From assembly GCF_009914755.1 (NCBI RefSeq), contig NC_060936.1: a stretch of DNA of 64,000 bases; one strand, written 5' to 3'. How positions within the stretch are numbered: the stretch's first letter is position 1; each line of letters starts with the position of its first letter. Positions 27,801 to 42,110 of the stretch are shown here, one piece after another. This DNA is from the human T2T-CHM13v2.0 reference genome, Homo sapiens. The notes under the pieces were generated by a model. The model did no database searches, was not told the origin of the DNA, and was given only the letters and a program-made list of their open reading frames with translations. A program made the position numbers and the translations under genes.

Positions 27801-28366
27801 AGCTTAAGATACAGCCTTCTTTGTTAAACAATTGCTGTTATGTGGTTAAAGTCAGTAATGCATTCCCAGTTTTCCTAGGAACTATATTTAGCATTTTTTT
27901 CTTTTTCTTCTTTCCTGTTTTTTTTAAAATCCTTCTTATTTTCTTTCCTAAACAGCTAAAACTGAAGTTTGATTTGCCTACTACTACCCGAGACATCATG
28001 AAATCAAGTTTTGCCTTCCTTTCTGTTTCAACTTTCATTTTTTTCTCCTTATTATTTGATGTCTTTCCTTTATATTTGATGTCTTTCCTTTTTTCTGTAT
28101 TTTTACCTCACTTTTGTATTTAATCTTGTACATATGTTTTTACATCCTTACAGCCAACTATAGCCTTATTCCTAATCCCAGTGAAATTAGCTTATTTTAT
28201 TTTTTCTTGTTCCCAAAAATGTAATCTGTTTTTACACATCTGAAGGAAGTTGAACAATCTACTGCCTGCCCTTGTTAGGCTAAATACTAGAACACCTGTC
28301 TCCTATCAATTTTGGTGTCCAGCATAGAATCGTGACAATTGCAGACACCTGAAAATTGTTTGTTGG

Positions 28367-28651
<285 letters not shown>

Positions 28652-28719
28652 AAAATTGTTTCTTGAATATAATTGATTGCATTAAGTCAAATATTAAATA
28701 TTGATTTATTATTTGCAAA

Positions 28720-31550
28720 ATCAAAATATTGCCAATATTTTCTCTGATTCTGTAAGTTGTTTGTTTACTGTGTTGATAGTTTCTTTTGCTGTGCTGAAGT
28801 TTTTTAAGTTAATTAGGTCCCATTTGTTAGGTTTTGGTTTTGTTGCAATTGCTTTTGATATCTTTATTATGAAGTCTTTGCTGAACCTATGTCTAGAATG
28901 TTATTTCCTAGATCATCTTTCAGGGTTTTTAAAATTTTAGGTTTTATATCTACGTATTTAGTCCATCTTGAGTTGATTTTTGTATGTGGTGTAAGGAAGG
29001 GGTTCAGTTGCAATCTTCTGCATATGGCTAGCCAGTTATAACAGCACCATTTATTGAATACAAAGCCTTCTCCATTGCTTGTTTTTGTCAACTTTGTTGA
29101 AGATCAGATGGTTGTTGGTGTGCAACATTATTTCTGGGCTCTCTATTCTGTTCTATTGGTCTCTGTGTCTGTTTTTGTACCACTATCATGCTGTTTTGGT
29201 TTCTATAGCCTTATAGTATAGTTTGAAGTTAGGAACTGTGATGCCTCCAGCTCTGTGGCTTTTTTGTTTTTTGTTTTGCTTAGCATTGCCTTGGCTATTT
29301 GGGCTCTTTTGTGGTTCCATGTGAAATTTAAAATAGTTTTTTTTTTCTAATTCTGTGAAGAATTGTAGTTTGATAGGAATATAATTGAATCTGTAAATGG
29401 CTTTGGGCAGTATGTCCATTTTAATAATATTGATTCTTCCTATCCATGAGCAGAGAATGTTTTTCCATTTGTTTGTGTCATCTCTGATTTCTTTGAGAAG
29501 TGTTTTGTAATTCTGATTGTAAAGATCTTTTTGCCTCCCTAGTTAGCTGTATTCCTAGCTATTTTATTCTTTTTGTGGCAGTTGTGAATGAGATTGCATT
29601 CTTGATGTGGCTCTCAGCTTGAATGTTGTTGGTGTATGGAAATGCCACTGATTTTTGCGCATTGTTTTTGTATCCTGAAATTTTGCTGAAGTTGTTTATC
29701 AGATCAAAGAGCTTTTGCACACAGTCTATGGGGTTTTCTAGGTATAGAATTATATAGTCTGTAAACAGGGATAGTTTGACTTCCTCTCTTCCTAATTTGG
29801 ATGCCTTTTCTTTCTTTCTCTTTCCTCATTGCTCGGGCTAATCCAGTACTATGTCGAGTAGGAGTGGTGATAAGGCATCCTTGTCTTTTTCTCATTTTCA
29901 AGAGGAATGCTTCCAGCTTTTTCCCATTTAGTATGATGTTGGCTGTGGGTTTTTCATAGATGGCTCTTATTATTTTGAAGTACGTTTCCTCAATGCCCAG
30001 TTTGTTGGAGGTTTTTAGCATGATGTGATGTTTAATTTTATCAAAAGCCTTCTCTACATCTATTGACATGATCATATGGGTTTTGTTTTTAGTTCTGTTT
30101 ATGTGGTGAATCACATTTATTGATTTGTGTACATTTGAAACAACCTTGCATCCCAAGGATAAAGCTTTTTCGATCGTGATGGATTAACTTTTTGATGTGA
30201 TGCTGGAGTTAGTTTGTTTACATTTTGTTGAGGATTTTTGCATTTATGTGTATCAAGGGTGTTGGCTTGAAGTTTTCTTTTTTGTTGTTGTGTTTCTGCC
30301 AGGTTTTGGTATCAGAATGATGCTGGCCTCATATAATGAGTTAGGGAGGAGTCTCTCCTTTTCAATTTTTTTGGAATAGTTTCAGTAGGAATGGTACCAG
30401 TTCTTCTTTATGTATCTGGGAAAATTTGGTCATGAATCCATCTGATCTTGGGCTTTTTCTGGTTGGTATGCTGTGTATTACTGATTCAATTTCAGAACTT
30501 CCTATTGGTCTGTTCTGGGATTCAGTTTCTTCCTGGCTCAATCTTGGGAGGTTGTATATTTCTAGGAATTTATCCATTTCCTCTAGGTTTTCTTTTTTTC
30601 TTTTTTTTTTTTTTTTTTTTTTTTTTGAGATCGAGTCTCGCTCTGTTGCCCAGGCTGGAGTGCAGTGGCGCGATCTCCACTCACTGCAAGCTCCGCCCCC
30701 AGGTTCACGCCATTCTCCTGCCTCAGCCTCCCGAGTAGCTGGGACTACAGGCGCCCGCCACAATGCCAGGCTAATTTTTTGTATTTTTAGTAGAGACGGG
30801 GTTTCACCGTGTTAGTCAGGATGGTCTCCATCTCCTGACCTCGTGATCTGCCCGCCTCGGCCTCCCTCCTCTAGGTTTTCTAGTTTGTGTGCATAGAGCT
30901 GTTCATAGTACTCTCTGACGGGTTTTTGTATTCCTGTGGAGATGGTGGTAACATCCCCTTTGTCATTTCTAATTGTGTTTATTTGGATCTTCTCTTTTTT
31001 TATTTATTGGTCTAGGTAGCACGCTTTCTATCTTATTCTTTCAAAAAACAAGCTCCTGAATTTGTTGATCTTTTGTCTGGTTTTTCATGCCTGAATTTCC
31101 TTCAGCTCAGCTCTGATTTTGGTTATTTTTTTGTCTTCTGCTAGCTTTGGGATTGGTTTGCTCTGGTTTCTCTAGTTACTCTAGGTGTGATGTTAGGCTG
31201 TTAATTTGAGATCTTTCTAACATTTTGATGTGGGCATTTAGCCCTATAAAATTCCCTCTTAACACTGCTTTAGCTGTGTCATAGAAATTCTGGTATGTTA
31301 TATCCTTGTTCTCATCAGTTTCAAAGAATTTCTTGATTTCTGCCTTAATTTCATAGTTTATCCAAAAGTCATTCAGGAGCAGGTTAATTTCCATGTAATT
31401 GTATGGTTTTGAACAATTTTCTTAGTATTGATTTCTATTTTTATTGTTCTGTGGTCTGAGAATGTGGTTGATATGATGTTGGTTTTTTAATTTGCTGAGG
31501 ATTCTTTTATGGCAGATTGTGTAGTTGATTTTAGAGTATGTGTTATGTCT
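28720..31550 (-). mobile_element. primate L1 (old L1PA/L1PB) internal ORF2 fragment, truncated at both ends
   Basis: ORF-track peptides match L1 ORF2 ([48 protein letters not shown]). No 3'UTR or poly(A). Confidence 0.93.
30594..30866 (-). mobile_element. 5'-truncated AluY inserted in the L1
   Basis: Perfect TSD tcctctaggttttct (30579-30593 / 30867-30881). Long T tract. Starts at GGGAGGCCGAGG. Confidence 0.94.
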
Positions 31551-32857
31551 GGCAAGATTGTTTGTTGAATAGAATTGATTGTATTAAATCAAAATTTCAT
31601 ATTCTATTTATGTAAGTATTTGTATTCACTAGTTAACAATGATACCATGTCAAACTCTATTTAACAACATTTAGAATTCTTACAAATATGAATTCTAAGA
31701 AGATGAGGATTTAAGGAACTGGACTCCATCTTTTTGTAATGATTAAATATAATTGTCTAAGTGAAGCAGAAAAGAACCGAAGGGTATGACTTGAAAATAG
31801 ATTGGAGTTCATTTTATTAGCACTTATGAAAATTTTTAGGGAAGTCATTTTTAAGCTTTCTGGGGAAGATATTTTAAAGTACATTATCCAAACTACAACA
31901 GTTTACATGCAGACAAACTTTTTTAGAAAATGAATATGATGGGCACTTAGGCACTACCTAATTAAGTACACTAGAAGTACAGCTGTGGGAATAAAATAAA
32001 ACCACTATGTAACAGATTAGCAATATGATATAACTCAACAGTGCACTGCTGGCTTCCCATCCTGTCCATCCACACTATTCCTTATTTACATTCCATCTAT
32101 GACCTCAATTGATTTTAGATGCAGCTAGGTGAAAAAACAGAACACCTTTCACAGAGCTTCAAGTTTAATTTAATTCGAAGTCTATGTATTTTACCTTTTC
32201 TTCCCTAATTTCTTATCGGTCTAATGATCTCTCAATAAGTTAAATAATTATTGCTGGCATGTTAAAATGCAAGCCACAAATATATACCAGTTGTAATATT
32301 TCCCTAACTTAGTACATAAAAAACAATCTACCTTTTATATTGGTAGTGTTCCATCTGTGCGCATTGTAAAAATTGAGAGATTTTTTTCCCTGTAATTATT
32401 ATCAGTAAATCCCAGTTCCCTTTTATAGTGTTCAGGGAATTGGAAGAGAAAATCTATCAGGAAATTGCTGAAGAGACACCCCATCAATTTGTCTGGGTGT
32501 TTTTGGAGAGTTTGTTATAAAGAAACTACAAATTTAACTTTTCCTGTCCTCAAATACATCCTATACTAGCAAATGGATGAATATTTTTATCTAAACTGAC
32601 ACTTTGATATATAATTCTGCTGTAAAGCTCCTTAATAATGTTTCCTCTTTTACCTTATCATTACTATATCATACTGTCATCCGTTTTCTTCATTACTTTG
32701 AGAGTTGTATGATGAGGTTAGTGTGGTGCTATCTACATCTTTAAGGGGTAATTAGAGGGCAAAGTAAAGCTTGATGTTTGCAGAAGTTGTTATGGTGAAT
32801 AGTGCATCTATTTTATTGAGAACATTATCACTACAGGGCAGTATAAAAGATTATTTA

Positions 32858-33882
32858 TAGTTAATTTTTGTATATAGTGAAAGGCAGGGGTCCAGCTTCA
32901 ATCTTCTGTGTATGACTACCCAGTTATACCCAGGACCATTTATTGAAGAGAGTGTCTTACCCCCATTGCTTGTTTTTGCCAGCCTTTTTGAAGATCAGAC
33001 GATTGTAGGTGTGTGGCTTTTTTTCTGAGTTTTCTATTCTGTTCCATTGGTCTATGTGTTTTTTTTTTTTTTTGTACCAGTACCAAAATGTTTTGTTTAA
33101 TGTGGCTTTATGGTATAGTTCAAAGTCAGGTAGTGTGATGCCTCCAGCTTTGTTCTTTTTGCTTAGGATTGCTTTGGCTATTTGGGCTCTTTTTTGGTTC
33201 CATTTGAAGTTTAGAATAGTTTTTTTCTAATTCTGTGAAGAACGTCATTAGTAGTTTGAGACGAATAGAAATGAATGTGTAAATTGCTTTGGACACTATG
33301 GCTATTTTTATGATATTGATTCTTCCAATCTACAAGTACGGGATGTTTTTCCATTTATTAGTGCCATCTCTGATTTCTTTCAGCAGTGGTTTGTAGTTCT
33401 CCTTGTTGAGATCTTTTGCTTCCTTGGTTAGCTGTATTCCTAGGTATTTCATTTTCTTTGTGGCTATGGTAAGTGGGATTGTGTTTTTGATTTCACTCTC
33501 AGTCTGGACATTGTTGGTGTATAGAAAGGCTACTGGTTTTTGTACATTGACTTTGTATCCTGAAACTTTACTTAAGTCATTTATGAGTTCTAGGAGACTT
33601 TTGGCAGAGTCTTTAGGATTTTCTAGGTATAGAATCATATTGTCACTGAAGATATATAGTTTGACTTCTTCTTTTACTATTTGGATCCCTTTTATTTCTT
33701 TCTTTTGCCTGTTGCTCTGGCTAGGACATCCAGTACTATGTTGAGTAGGAGCAGTAAGAGTGGGTGGTGTTATCTTGTTCCAGTTCTCAAGAATGGTTTG
33801 ACCTCTTGCCCATTCAGCATGATGTTGTTTGTGGGTTTGTCATAAATAGCTTTTATTATTTTGAGGTGTGTTTCTTCAATAT
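32858..33882 (-). mobile_element. L1 (L1PB/L1MA age) ORF2 RT fragment
   Basis: [34 protein letters not shown] is L1 RT. No 3' end. Confidence 0.92.
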
Positions 33883-34064
33883 CTAGTCAACAAACATTGA
33901 AGAAACATACCTCAAAATAATAAAAGCTATCTATGACAAACAGACTAGCCATCAAAGAAATGTACTGCTTTAATGTTTAAACATTATCAAAACATTAAAA
34001 CATTAAAAACCAAGTGGAGTACTCTATTTTATAATAATAAAATAAATTAACAACTGAGAGATAA

Positions 34065-34800
34065 AAAATTAAATGTAAGGGGCACAAGTGCAATTTTATT
34101 ACATGGATATATTGAATAGTGGTGATGCCTGGGGTTTTAGTGTAGCTATTATTGTCTGATTGATGTATGCTGTACCCATTAAGTAATTTTTCATCACCCA
34201 CCCTCCTATCCTTTCAAGTCTCCAGTGTCTATTATTCCACACTCTATGTCCATGGGTACACATTATTTTAACTCCCACTTATAAGTGAGAACATGTGGTA
34301 TTGACTTTGTTTCTTAGTTGTTTCACTTAATGGCCTCCAGTTCCATTCATGTTGCTGCAAAAGACATGATTTCATTATTTTTTATGACTGAATAGTATTG
34401 CATGGTGTATATATACCCCATTATCTTTACCCAATTATTCACTGATAGACACTTAGGTTGATCTTTGCTATTGTGTGATAAACATACAATTGCAGGTATC
34501 TTTTTGTTATAAAGATTTTTTTTTTCCTTTTTGTAGATAACCAGTAGTGGGATTGCTGGATCAAATAGTAGTAGAGTTCTATTTTTGGTTCTTTGAGGAA
34601 TCTCTATACTGTTTTCCATAGAAGCTGTAGTAAGTTACAGTCCTATCAACAATGTATAAATGTTCTGTTTTCTCTGCAGCCTCATCAACATCTGTTATAT
34701 TTATTGACTTTTTAATAGTAGCCATTCTGACTGATGTATGATATATCTTGCTGTGGCTTTAATATGTATTTATCTGATGATTAGTGATTTTGAGCATTTT
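34065..34800 (-). mobile_element. L1MA/L1PB 3' end
   Basis: actcccacttataagtgagaacatg, catgttgctgcaaaagacatgatttc; peptide FDPAIPLL. Confidence 0.88.
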
Positions 34801-35009
34801 GGGATTTTATAGAGTAAGTATAAATCCTAGTCCTAGACTTTAGATATTTTTCTGTGTTTATAACAATCTTTTAAACTTTTTTCTATGTGGGCAAGACCAT
34901 CACTAAGCTTTTGTTTTTCTAAAATTAAAATGAAAACTTATGAAAATAACTCAAAATAATATAACTAAATTAATAATTTTAGCTTAAATAAGAGCATATA
35001 GTTGTAAAA

Positions 35010-35513
35010 TTTATTTATTTTTAATCAACAAAAAAAATTGCACACACATTATATACAACGTGATGTTATGAAACATGCACATACTATGGAATGGCCAAAC
35101 TGTGCCAATCCACATATGCATCACCTCACATGCTAGTCATGTTTTTATGGTGAGAACACTTAAAATCTACTCTCCTAGTGATTTTCAAGAACACTATACA
35201 ATGTTACTAATTAAAGTCACCACGTTTAATGATAAATTTCTTAAACTTATTTTTTCTATCTGAAATTTTGTATCCTTTGACCTAAATCTCCCTAGCCCCC
35301 ACCTTCTAGTAACTACCATGATAGTCCCTGTTACTATGAGATGAATTTTATTATACACATAAATGAGATCATGCAGTATTTGTTTTCCTGTGTAGCTTGT
35401 TTCCCTTAACATCATGTCTTTCAGATCCATCATGTTGTTGCAGGTGACAGGATTTTCTTATTTTTCAAGACTGAATGATACATGAAAATGTGGTATACAT
35501 ACACAATTGAATA
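35010..35513 (-). mobile_element. L1MA8/9-like 3' end with a short 5' inversion
   Basis: gtgagaacacttaaaatctactct, aaatgagatcatgcagtatttg. Inverted piece at 35485-35513. Confidence 0.85.
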
Positions 35514-35760
35514 TAGGTTGAATATCCCTAATCCAAAATTCTTGTGACTAGAGGTGTTTCAGATTTTGGATATTTTTGATTTTGGAATATTTATATATAC
35601 ATAATGAGATGTCTTGGGGGTGGAACCCAATTTTAATCATGAATTTTTTTATGCTTCATATATACCTATACATGTAGCTGAAGGTAATTTTATGCAATAT
35701 TTTTAATAGTTTTGTGCATGAAACAAAGCTTGTGTACATGAGATCAGGTGTGGAAATTTT
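35514..35760. mobile_element. Tigger4 (Zombi) fragment
   Basis: TA followed by (c/t)aggttgaatatccctaatccaaaa...gtgtttcagattttgga. Confidence 0.8.
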
Positions 35761-35911
35761 TATTCACATTTTTTTTCAAAGATTCAGCAATTAGTTTTTT
35801 GAAACATCTTTTGCTCCATGATCATTTACTTATTATTACTTGCTTTTATCTGTATTTTTTCTTTATCGTTTGACTAGCTGAGTGTCTGTGTGTGTGTGTG
35901 TCTTTTAATGA

Positions 35912-36169
<258 letters not shown>

Positions 36170-37471
36170 TAAGAAGATTATACTTCTGCATTTTATATTT
36201 TAATTTTGTTATACATTGGTCAGAGAAAATTACCAGTGTTATTTCTCATTTTGGATTTTAATAGCATTTTTGGAGTTACATATGGTAAATCATCCACAGA
36301 TGTTTAAAAATAATAGATAATACAGACACAAACATATATAATATATATGCTAAAGCTTGTTAAATGATTTAATGAAGTCTCAAATAGCCTTATTTTATTT
36401 TATCTCCTTGAGCTGGCAATCTTTGAGAAACTGGTTGAATTGCTAATTTTTCCCACTAACAGTTTTTGCCTCATACACATGTATTTCAAAGCTATGGGGC
36501 TAGGTACATAGTTGGCTCTAGGTTTAGGATGCTAATGGCATCTTGGTAACATTTCTCTAAGTTAAATATCACTCTTTCACATTTAATTTTGGCTTGAATT
36601 CTATTTTGACTGATATTTTAATATTATATTGCTGTATTTTTGTGTTAACTTTTTCCTAGTATTTCATTTTCTATTTCTTTATTTTCAAACTTTCTTTTTA
36701 TGATTGTCTCTTTTTCATAGCAGCTTATTATTTTCTTGGTTGTCTCTGGTATTTATTTTCTAAAGCATATAATCAAATCATTCCATTAATTTTATATTCT
36801 TGGGGATAATTTATTTTAGATAAGTTCTTTCATAAAGATGGGAAGTCCTCAAAGAGCTAGTATTTTTTTGTTTTTATTTAATATTTGTACTTAAAGATTT
36901 AGATTAAATTGTATACCTCCATAATAAAATTGGTATTTTCATTCTCTTGTCAGTAGATACAGTTTCTAATAATAAGAACCTGTTTCTAGGGCTAGGTGTG
37001 CAGGTGTCTAAAGAATGGAGTGTTCTGCAAGGAAAAATGAAGAGCTGGTTTGTCACTGGGTGTGACAGTACAGTCACTCCAGGTCTTTGAAAAGTGTCTG
37101 AGAATATTGCTATGCCTCTTTTCCTATCTCAGCTCTCACTCTACTATTTGCATGTCATACTTCAGAGAAAAAGCTGGGGCTTTAACTAGCAGCAAGTGCT
37201 GCTGTTTCTCAGTGTAGAGAAGTGAGAGAAGATAGAGTGGATTCACCTAGTGATTCCAATTCAGTTATCAAGTGTTTGATCCAGGACTCTCTTTCACCTG
37301 TTGTCTTTGAGTTTATGGTTTTTCTTGCTTTCGTTGGGGGTTGGGGGGTTTGCCTTGCACTTGCTTTCTCAGGTTCATGCTTTGGGGTTCCTTTTTCTAA
37401 GAACCACACTTTGTGTCTGGCTCCTGTCTAATCACTGTGGCATCCTGACATAGTGATTAGAAAGGAGCCAG

Positions 37472-37694
37472 ACGCAAAGAAGGGAACATTAGACACCATG
37501 GCCTTCCTGAGGGTGCAGGGTGGGAGGAGGTGAGGATTGAAAAACCACCTATCGGGTACCATGCTGATTACCTGGGTGACAAAGTTATCTGTAAACGAAA
37601 CCCCAACGACATGCAATGTAGCCATGTAACAAACCTGCATATGCATCCCTTGAACCTAAAATGAAAATCGGAAAAAAACAAAGCAAAACAAAAA
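37472..37694 (+). mobile_element. L1PA15/16-like 3' end
   Basis: gggtgggaggagg...gtaacaaacctgca...ttgaacctaaaa plus an A-rich tail. TSD agaaaggagccag / agaacggagctag. Confidence 0.88.
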
Positions 37695-37893
37695 AGAACG
37701 GAGCTAGGAACTAGAAAGGTGGGGAAGCTAAGTTTTCAGGACAGATAATTAGGAGGGTGTCTCAAAGATCAGACTTCCTGGCTCCAATCTCAATTCAGCA
37801 TTTGCAAATTGTGTCTTTTCAGACAATTCAACCAACCTAAGTTTTATTTTCAGTGAAACAATGATCATAATAGAACATACCTCAGAGTGCGTG

Positions 37894-37894
<1 letters not shown>

Positions 37895-37939
<45 letters not shown>
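37895..37939. repeat. (TG)n microsatellite inside a MIR (~37770-38020)
   Basis: Directly visible. Flanks are catacctcagag | ttgaggattaaa...gtgcctggcacacagt. Confidence 0.93.
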
Positions 37940-37940
<1 letters not shown>

Positions 37941-40253
37941 GAGGATTAAATAAGAGAATACATGAAAATACTTAGCATTGTGCCTGGCACACAGTGAATG
38001 CTTAATACATTTTACTGTGGGTGATAATTACCATATTTTCACTCATCAGTCTGATTTTATTGTGTGGTATCTTTCAGGAATTCTTCAAAATGTCTTGTGT
38101 GCAGTAACACCCTTTTTATCTCCAGTGCCTTTTAACATTTATTATTTGCTTTATATCTTTTTGACAGCTATGATGTTTGGAATGGGAGGCAATAAGGACA
38201 TATGTGCTTAACCTACTATCTTGATTCAAATCTTCCTTTCATTGTCATCCACTTACTTGGAAAATGCATTATAACATTAAGGAAAGAACAATGGACTTGG
38301 AAGTCAACAGTCCTTGTTTCTAGTCCTAAAATTGTAACTGAAATTTTTGAAATTTGTTTAATTTATCTCAGCTTCAGCATCTTTATCTATAAAATGAGTA
38401 TTTGGACTAGTTTATCTTTTCTGGCTCTAAAGAATAAATGCTCTGCCTAAAAGGATTGTTCATTTATCAAGAGAGCTATTAAATTAATAGAACACAAAAA
38501 AAGGCTATGGAAAAAAAGTGATAGAGGGCAATGTGAGTTCTAGAGAGAATGGATTCCATAGAGTGTTACACCAACCTGGCTTTTTAGAGGAGAATGGAAA
38601 ATGAAGAATGCTTAAAGAGTAGGAAGAAATAAAGAGGATCCCTATTTCAAGGGAAACTAGTAATAAATATAAGAAGGTAAAAGAAAAAGAATTATTTAAA
38701 AGTGTTCTAGACATACAGCCAAATTTAAATTCTTCTGTGTGCTTGATATTAATCAATCTGTATAGAATAGACAATTCAAATTGAAGCTACCCCAATGATA
38801 ATCAAATCAGTACTCATAAATTTATAGATAAGCAAACCAAAACCAAGTAAGATAAAGTTATTGCCTATGACCTAAAAGTTGAGCATTTCTAAGTACTTAG
38901 CCTGAGATATCAGTGATGAAGTTAAAACCAGTACAAAGATACTTGAATCCCAGGTCAGATCTTTTCCCCACTGTACTACTCAATATTTAATTAAAATTTT
39001 CCAGACTTGCTTTTTCCATTTTGTCTTAAATATAGATTTGTTTAGTTAAGATTTAAGAAATATAGACTTAGATTTAGTCTTAAAAATAGATTGCTATATA
39101 TACAAACGTGTACCAACCGTAAGAATGATTCCAACATTTTCTAAATCAATACTCACATATCTACTATATCGATGTTAAATGGTTATGAAATTCATATGTA
39201 TAAGTAATACGAGTTATAATAAAATTTGATCCAGGGGAAAGAGTCATTAAAATGACCTAAATGAATGCCACATTTTAACATATATAATTATATGGGAAGT
39301 AAGTCTTATCAGAGTTAAATATCTATACACATATATGAGAATTTATTATCAAGTAAAATGTAATTACTGGAGAGAGATGACTTAAGGTATTGAGACTAAT
39401 AAGAGAGCTTACTGATGCAAGAAGAGCCATTTCTATACTTTTCTGCACTTGAGACAATAATGATAGAGAATAAAGTTTACCTTTTTAAAGCTCATACACA
39501 AAAGGTGATATTTTTAAAAACAGCATTCTAATAGAATGATCTCAGTGTAGTTTCAATTTGCTTTTTTTCTCTAAATACTAATGATGTTGACTATCTTTTC
39601 ATATGCTTATTTGTCACCTGTATATCTTCTTTAGTGAAGTATCTATACAAATCTTTTATTCGTTTTTTTTTAAAAGTTGGTTATTTTCTTTTATTGTTGA
39701 GTTTTAGGAGTTATTTATATATTTTGAATACAAATACTTTATCGACATGTTTTGCAAATATTTTCTCCTAATCTCGTCTTTTAATTTTCTTAATGTTATC
39801 TTTTAAAGACTAATACTTTTTAATTTATCATCCTTTTCTATTATGATACGTGCTTTTTATATTTAACCTAGGCAGTTTTGGACTAACTCAACGCCTCAAA
39901 GATTTTCTTATACTCTCTATTTTAAAATAATATTGGTTTAGGTCTTACATTTACATTTTTGGCCCATTTTGAGTTAATTTTTGATTATAGTGTAAAGGAT
40001 TGAGGTTCAATTTTTTGCATTTGGTTACCCAATTTTTACAGTACCATTATTGAAGAAAGCTAGCTTTTCCCCAGTGAGTTCCCCTGGTATAGTTGTTCAG
40101 TATCAATTAAGCACATATTTGTGGGCCTGTTTCTGGACTGTATTCTATTTCATTGATCTTACATATCAATACTTATACCAAAAACCACACTATATCTTAA
40201 TTACTGTATCTCAATAGTAAGTTTTGAACTAAAGCAGTAATGTGAACCTTCTC

Positions 40254-40612
40254 TGTCTTAGTCCATTGAGGCTGCTATTGAAAATACCATAGGCTGGGTA
40301 ATTTATAAATCATAAAATTATTTCTCTCAGTTCTGGAGGCTGGGATGTCAAAGATTAAGGTGCTGGGAGATTCAGTGTCTGGCGAGGGTCCACTTTCTCA
40401 CAGATGGCATCTTTTGCTGTGTCCTCGCGTGGCAGAAGGGGCAATGAAGCTACTTGGGACCTTTTTTATAAGAGCATTAATCCCATTCATGAGGGCCCCA
40501 CCCTCATAACTTAATCGCATCCCCAAAGGCCCCACCTCCTAATAGTACGGCCTTGGAAGTTATTATTTCAACATACGAATTTTGAGTGAACACAAATATT
40601 TTTACCATAACA
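40254..40612 (-). mobile_element. MLT1A-type MaLR solo LTR nested in the L1
   Basis: tgtcttagtcc...ctcagttctggaggctgg...accataaca; TG/CA ends. Confidence 0.88.
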
Positions 40613-40762
40613 CCTTTCAACTTTGCTCTTGCTTTTCAAATCTGTTATTCTATGTCCTCTGCATTTTTGTAAATTTTACATCTAATGACAATTTTTACCA
40701 AAAAAAAAAAACCCTAAAAACACCTGTTGGCATTTTAATTGAGATTGTCTTACATCTCTGTA

Positions 40763-40808
40763 TTAGGTTACTGTGAAAGTAGTTGCAGTTTTTGCCATTA
40801 CTTTTAAT
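40763..40808. mobile_element. half MADE1 (Hsmar1 MITE)
   Basis: TA followed by ttaggttactgtgaaagtagttgcagtttttgccattacttttaat. Second TIR missing. Confidence 0.75.
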
Positions 40809-42110
40809 AATGATTTGGGAAAAATTGACATCTCTACAATATTCAGTTTTCCAATCCCTTGAACAATGGTATATTATTTCATTTGTTCAAGTCTTTAATT
40901 TCTGTCAACAATGTTTTGTACCTTTAGTAAACAATTTTTGCACATATTGTGTTAAATCTGACTCAGTACTTTCCTGTTTTGATGATATTGTAAATATTAC
41001 CTTTTAAATTTAGTTTCTAATTGTTTATTGCTATTATATAGAAATACAACTGATATTTTTAAGATAACCTTATATTTTCTTCCATTACTAAAGTCACCTA
41101 TTAATTTTAGTAGCTTTTTTGGCAGATCCCACAGGATTTTCTCCATAGACAATCATATTGTTGGTGAATAAAGATAGTTTACTCCTTCCATTCAAATCTA
41201 TATTACGTATTTCTTTTGTTTACCTTATTGTACTGACTAGGACACCTCATAAAATGCTAAGTAGAAGTGATGAGGCAAAAAAGTGATCTTTGCCTTGTTC
41301 TCAATCTTAAGAGTAAAGAATTCAGCCTTTTACCATTAAGTATGATATCTACTATAGGTTTCTTGCAGAAACCCTTTATTGAGAGAGCTTTCTTTTATTT
41401 TTACTTTGCTAGGTGTTTTAAAATCATGAATAGATATGGAATTATTCAAATGCTTTTTCTACACCTATTGAGATGATGATATGATTTTTGTTATGGTAAA
41501 TTATTTGGATTGATTTAAAATATGTTAAACCATACTTATCTTCTTGGAATAAACTCCACTTGATCAGAATACATTATCTTTTGTATGTGTATCCTTTTTG
41601 TGTATCTTCTGCTGGATTTGAGATGTTAAGATTGTGTTAGCCACTCGTACATTCATATCCATGAGAAATATTTATCTTAGATTTATTTTCCTATATTGTG
41701 TTTTTCTGGTTTGGGTATTTGTTAGGGTAATTTTGTACAACTAAAATGAGAAAAGTGATCCCTTTCTAGTATTTTCTGGAAAAGTTTGTGTTGAACTGAT
41801 AGTATTTCTTTGTTATATGCTTGGCAGAATTCACCAATGAAACTGTCAAAGCAGGAATTATTCTCTGTGAAAATATTTTTAACTACAAATTAATTTTTAT
41901 AAACAGATTATATTTATTCCTTTGTTGAGTTAAAACACCTGTCCAGAAGATGGAGGAAATATTTTGGGGAAAGTTTGCCTTGCTCAGTGCTATTCAGTAC
42001 ATATGTTCACTGACTCTATAATCAAAATTCAATCTTTACATACATGAAAATGTGTCAGAAAAATTTCAAATGTGATTTTAAGGAGGTTCTAGAGGGTGGA
42101 AGTTTGTCTA

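Larger units (their letters stand above)
39510..41900 (-). mobile_element. ancient L1M ORF2 fragment
   Basis: T-rich antisense L1 motifs (ttttcatatgcttatttg, ccattttgagttaatttttg, ttggcagaattcaccaatgaa). Boundaries approximate. Confidence 0.82.
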
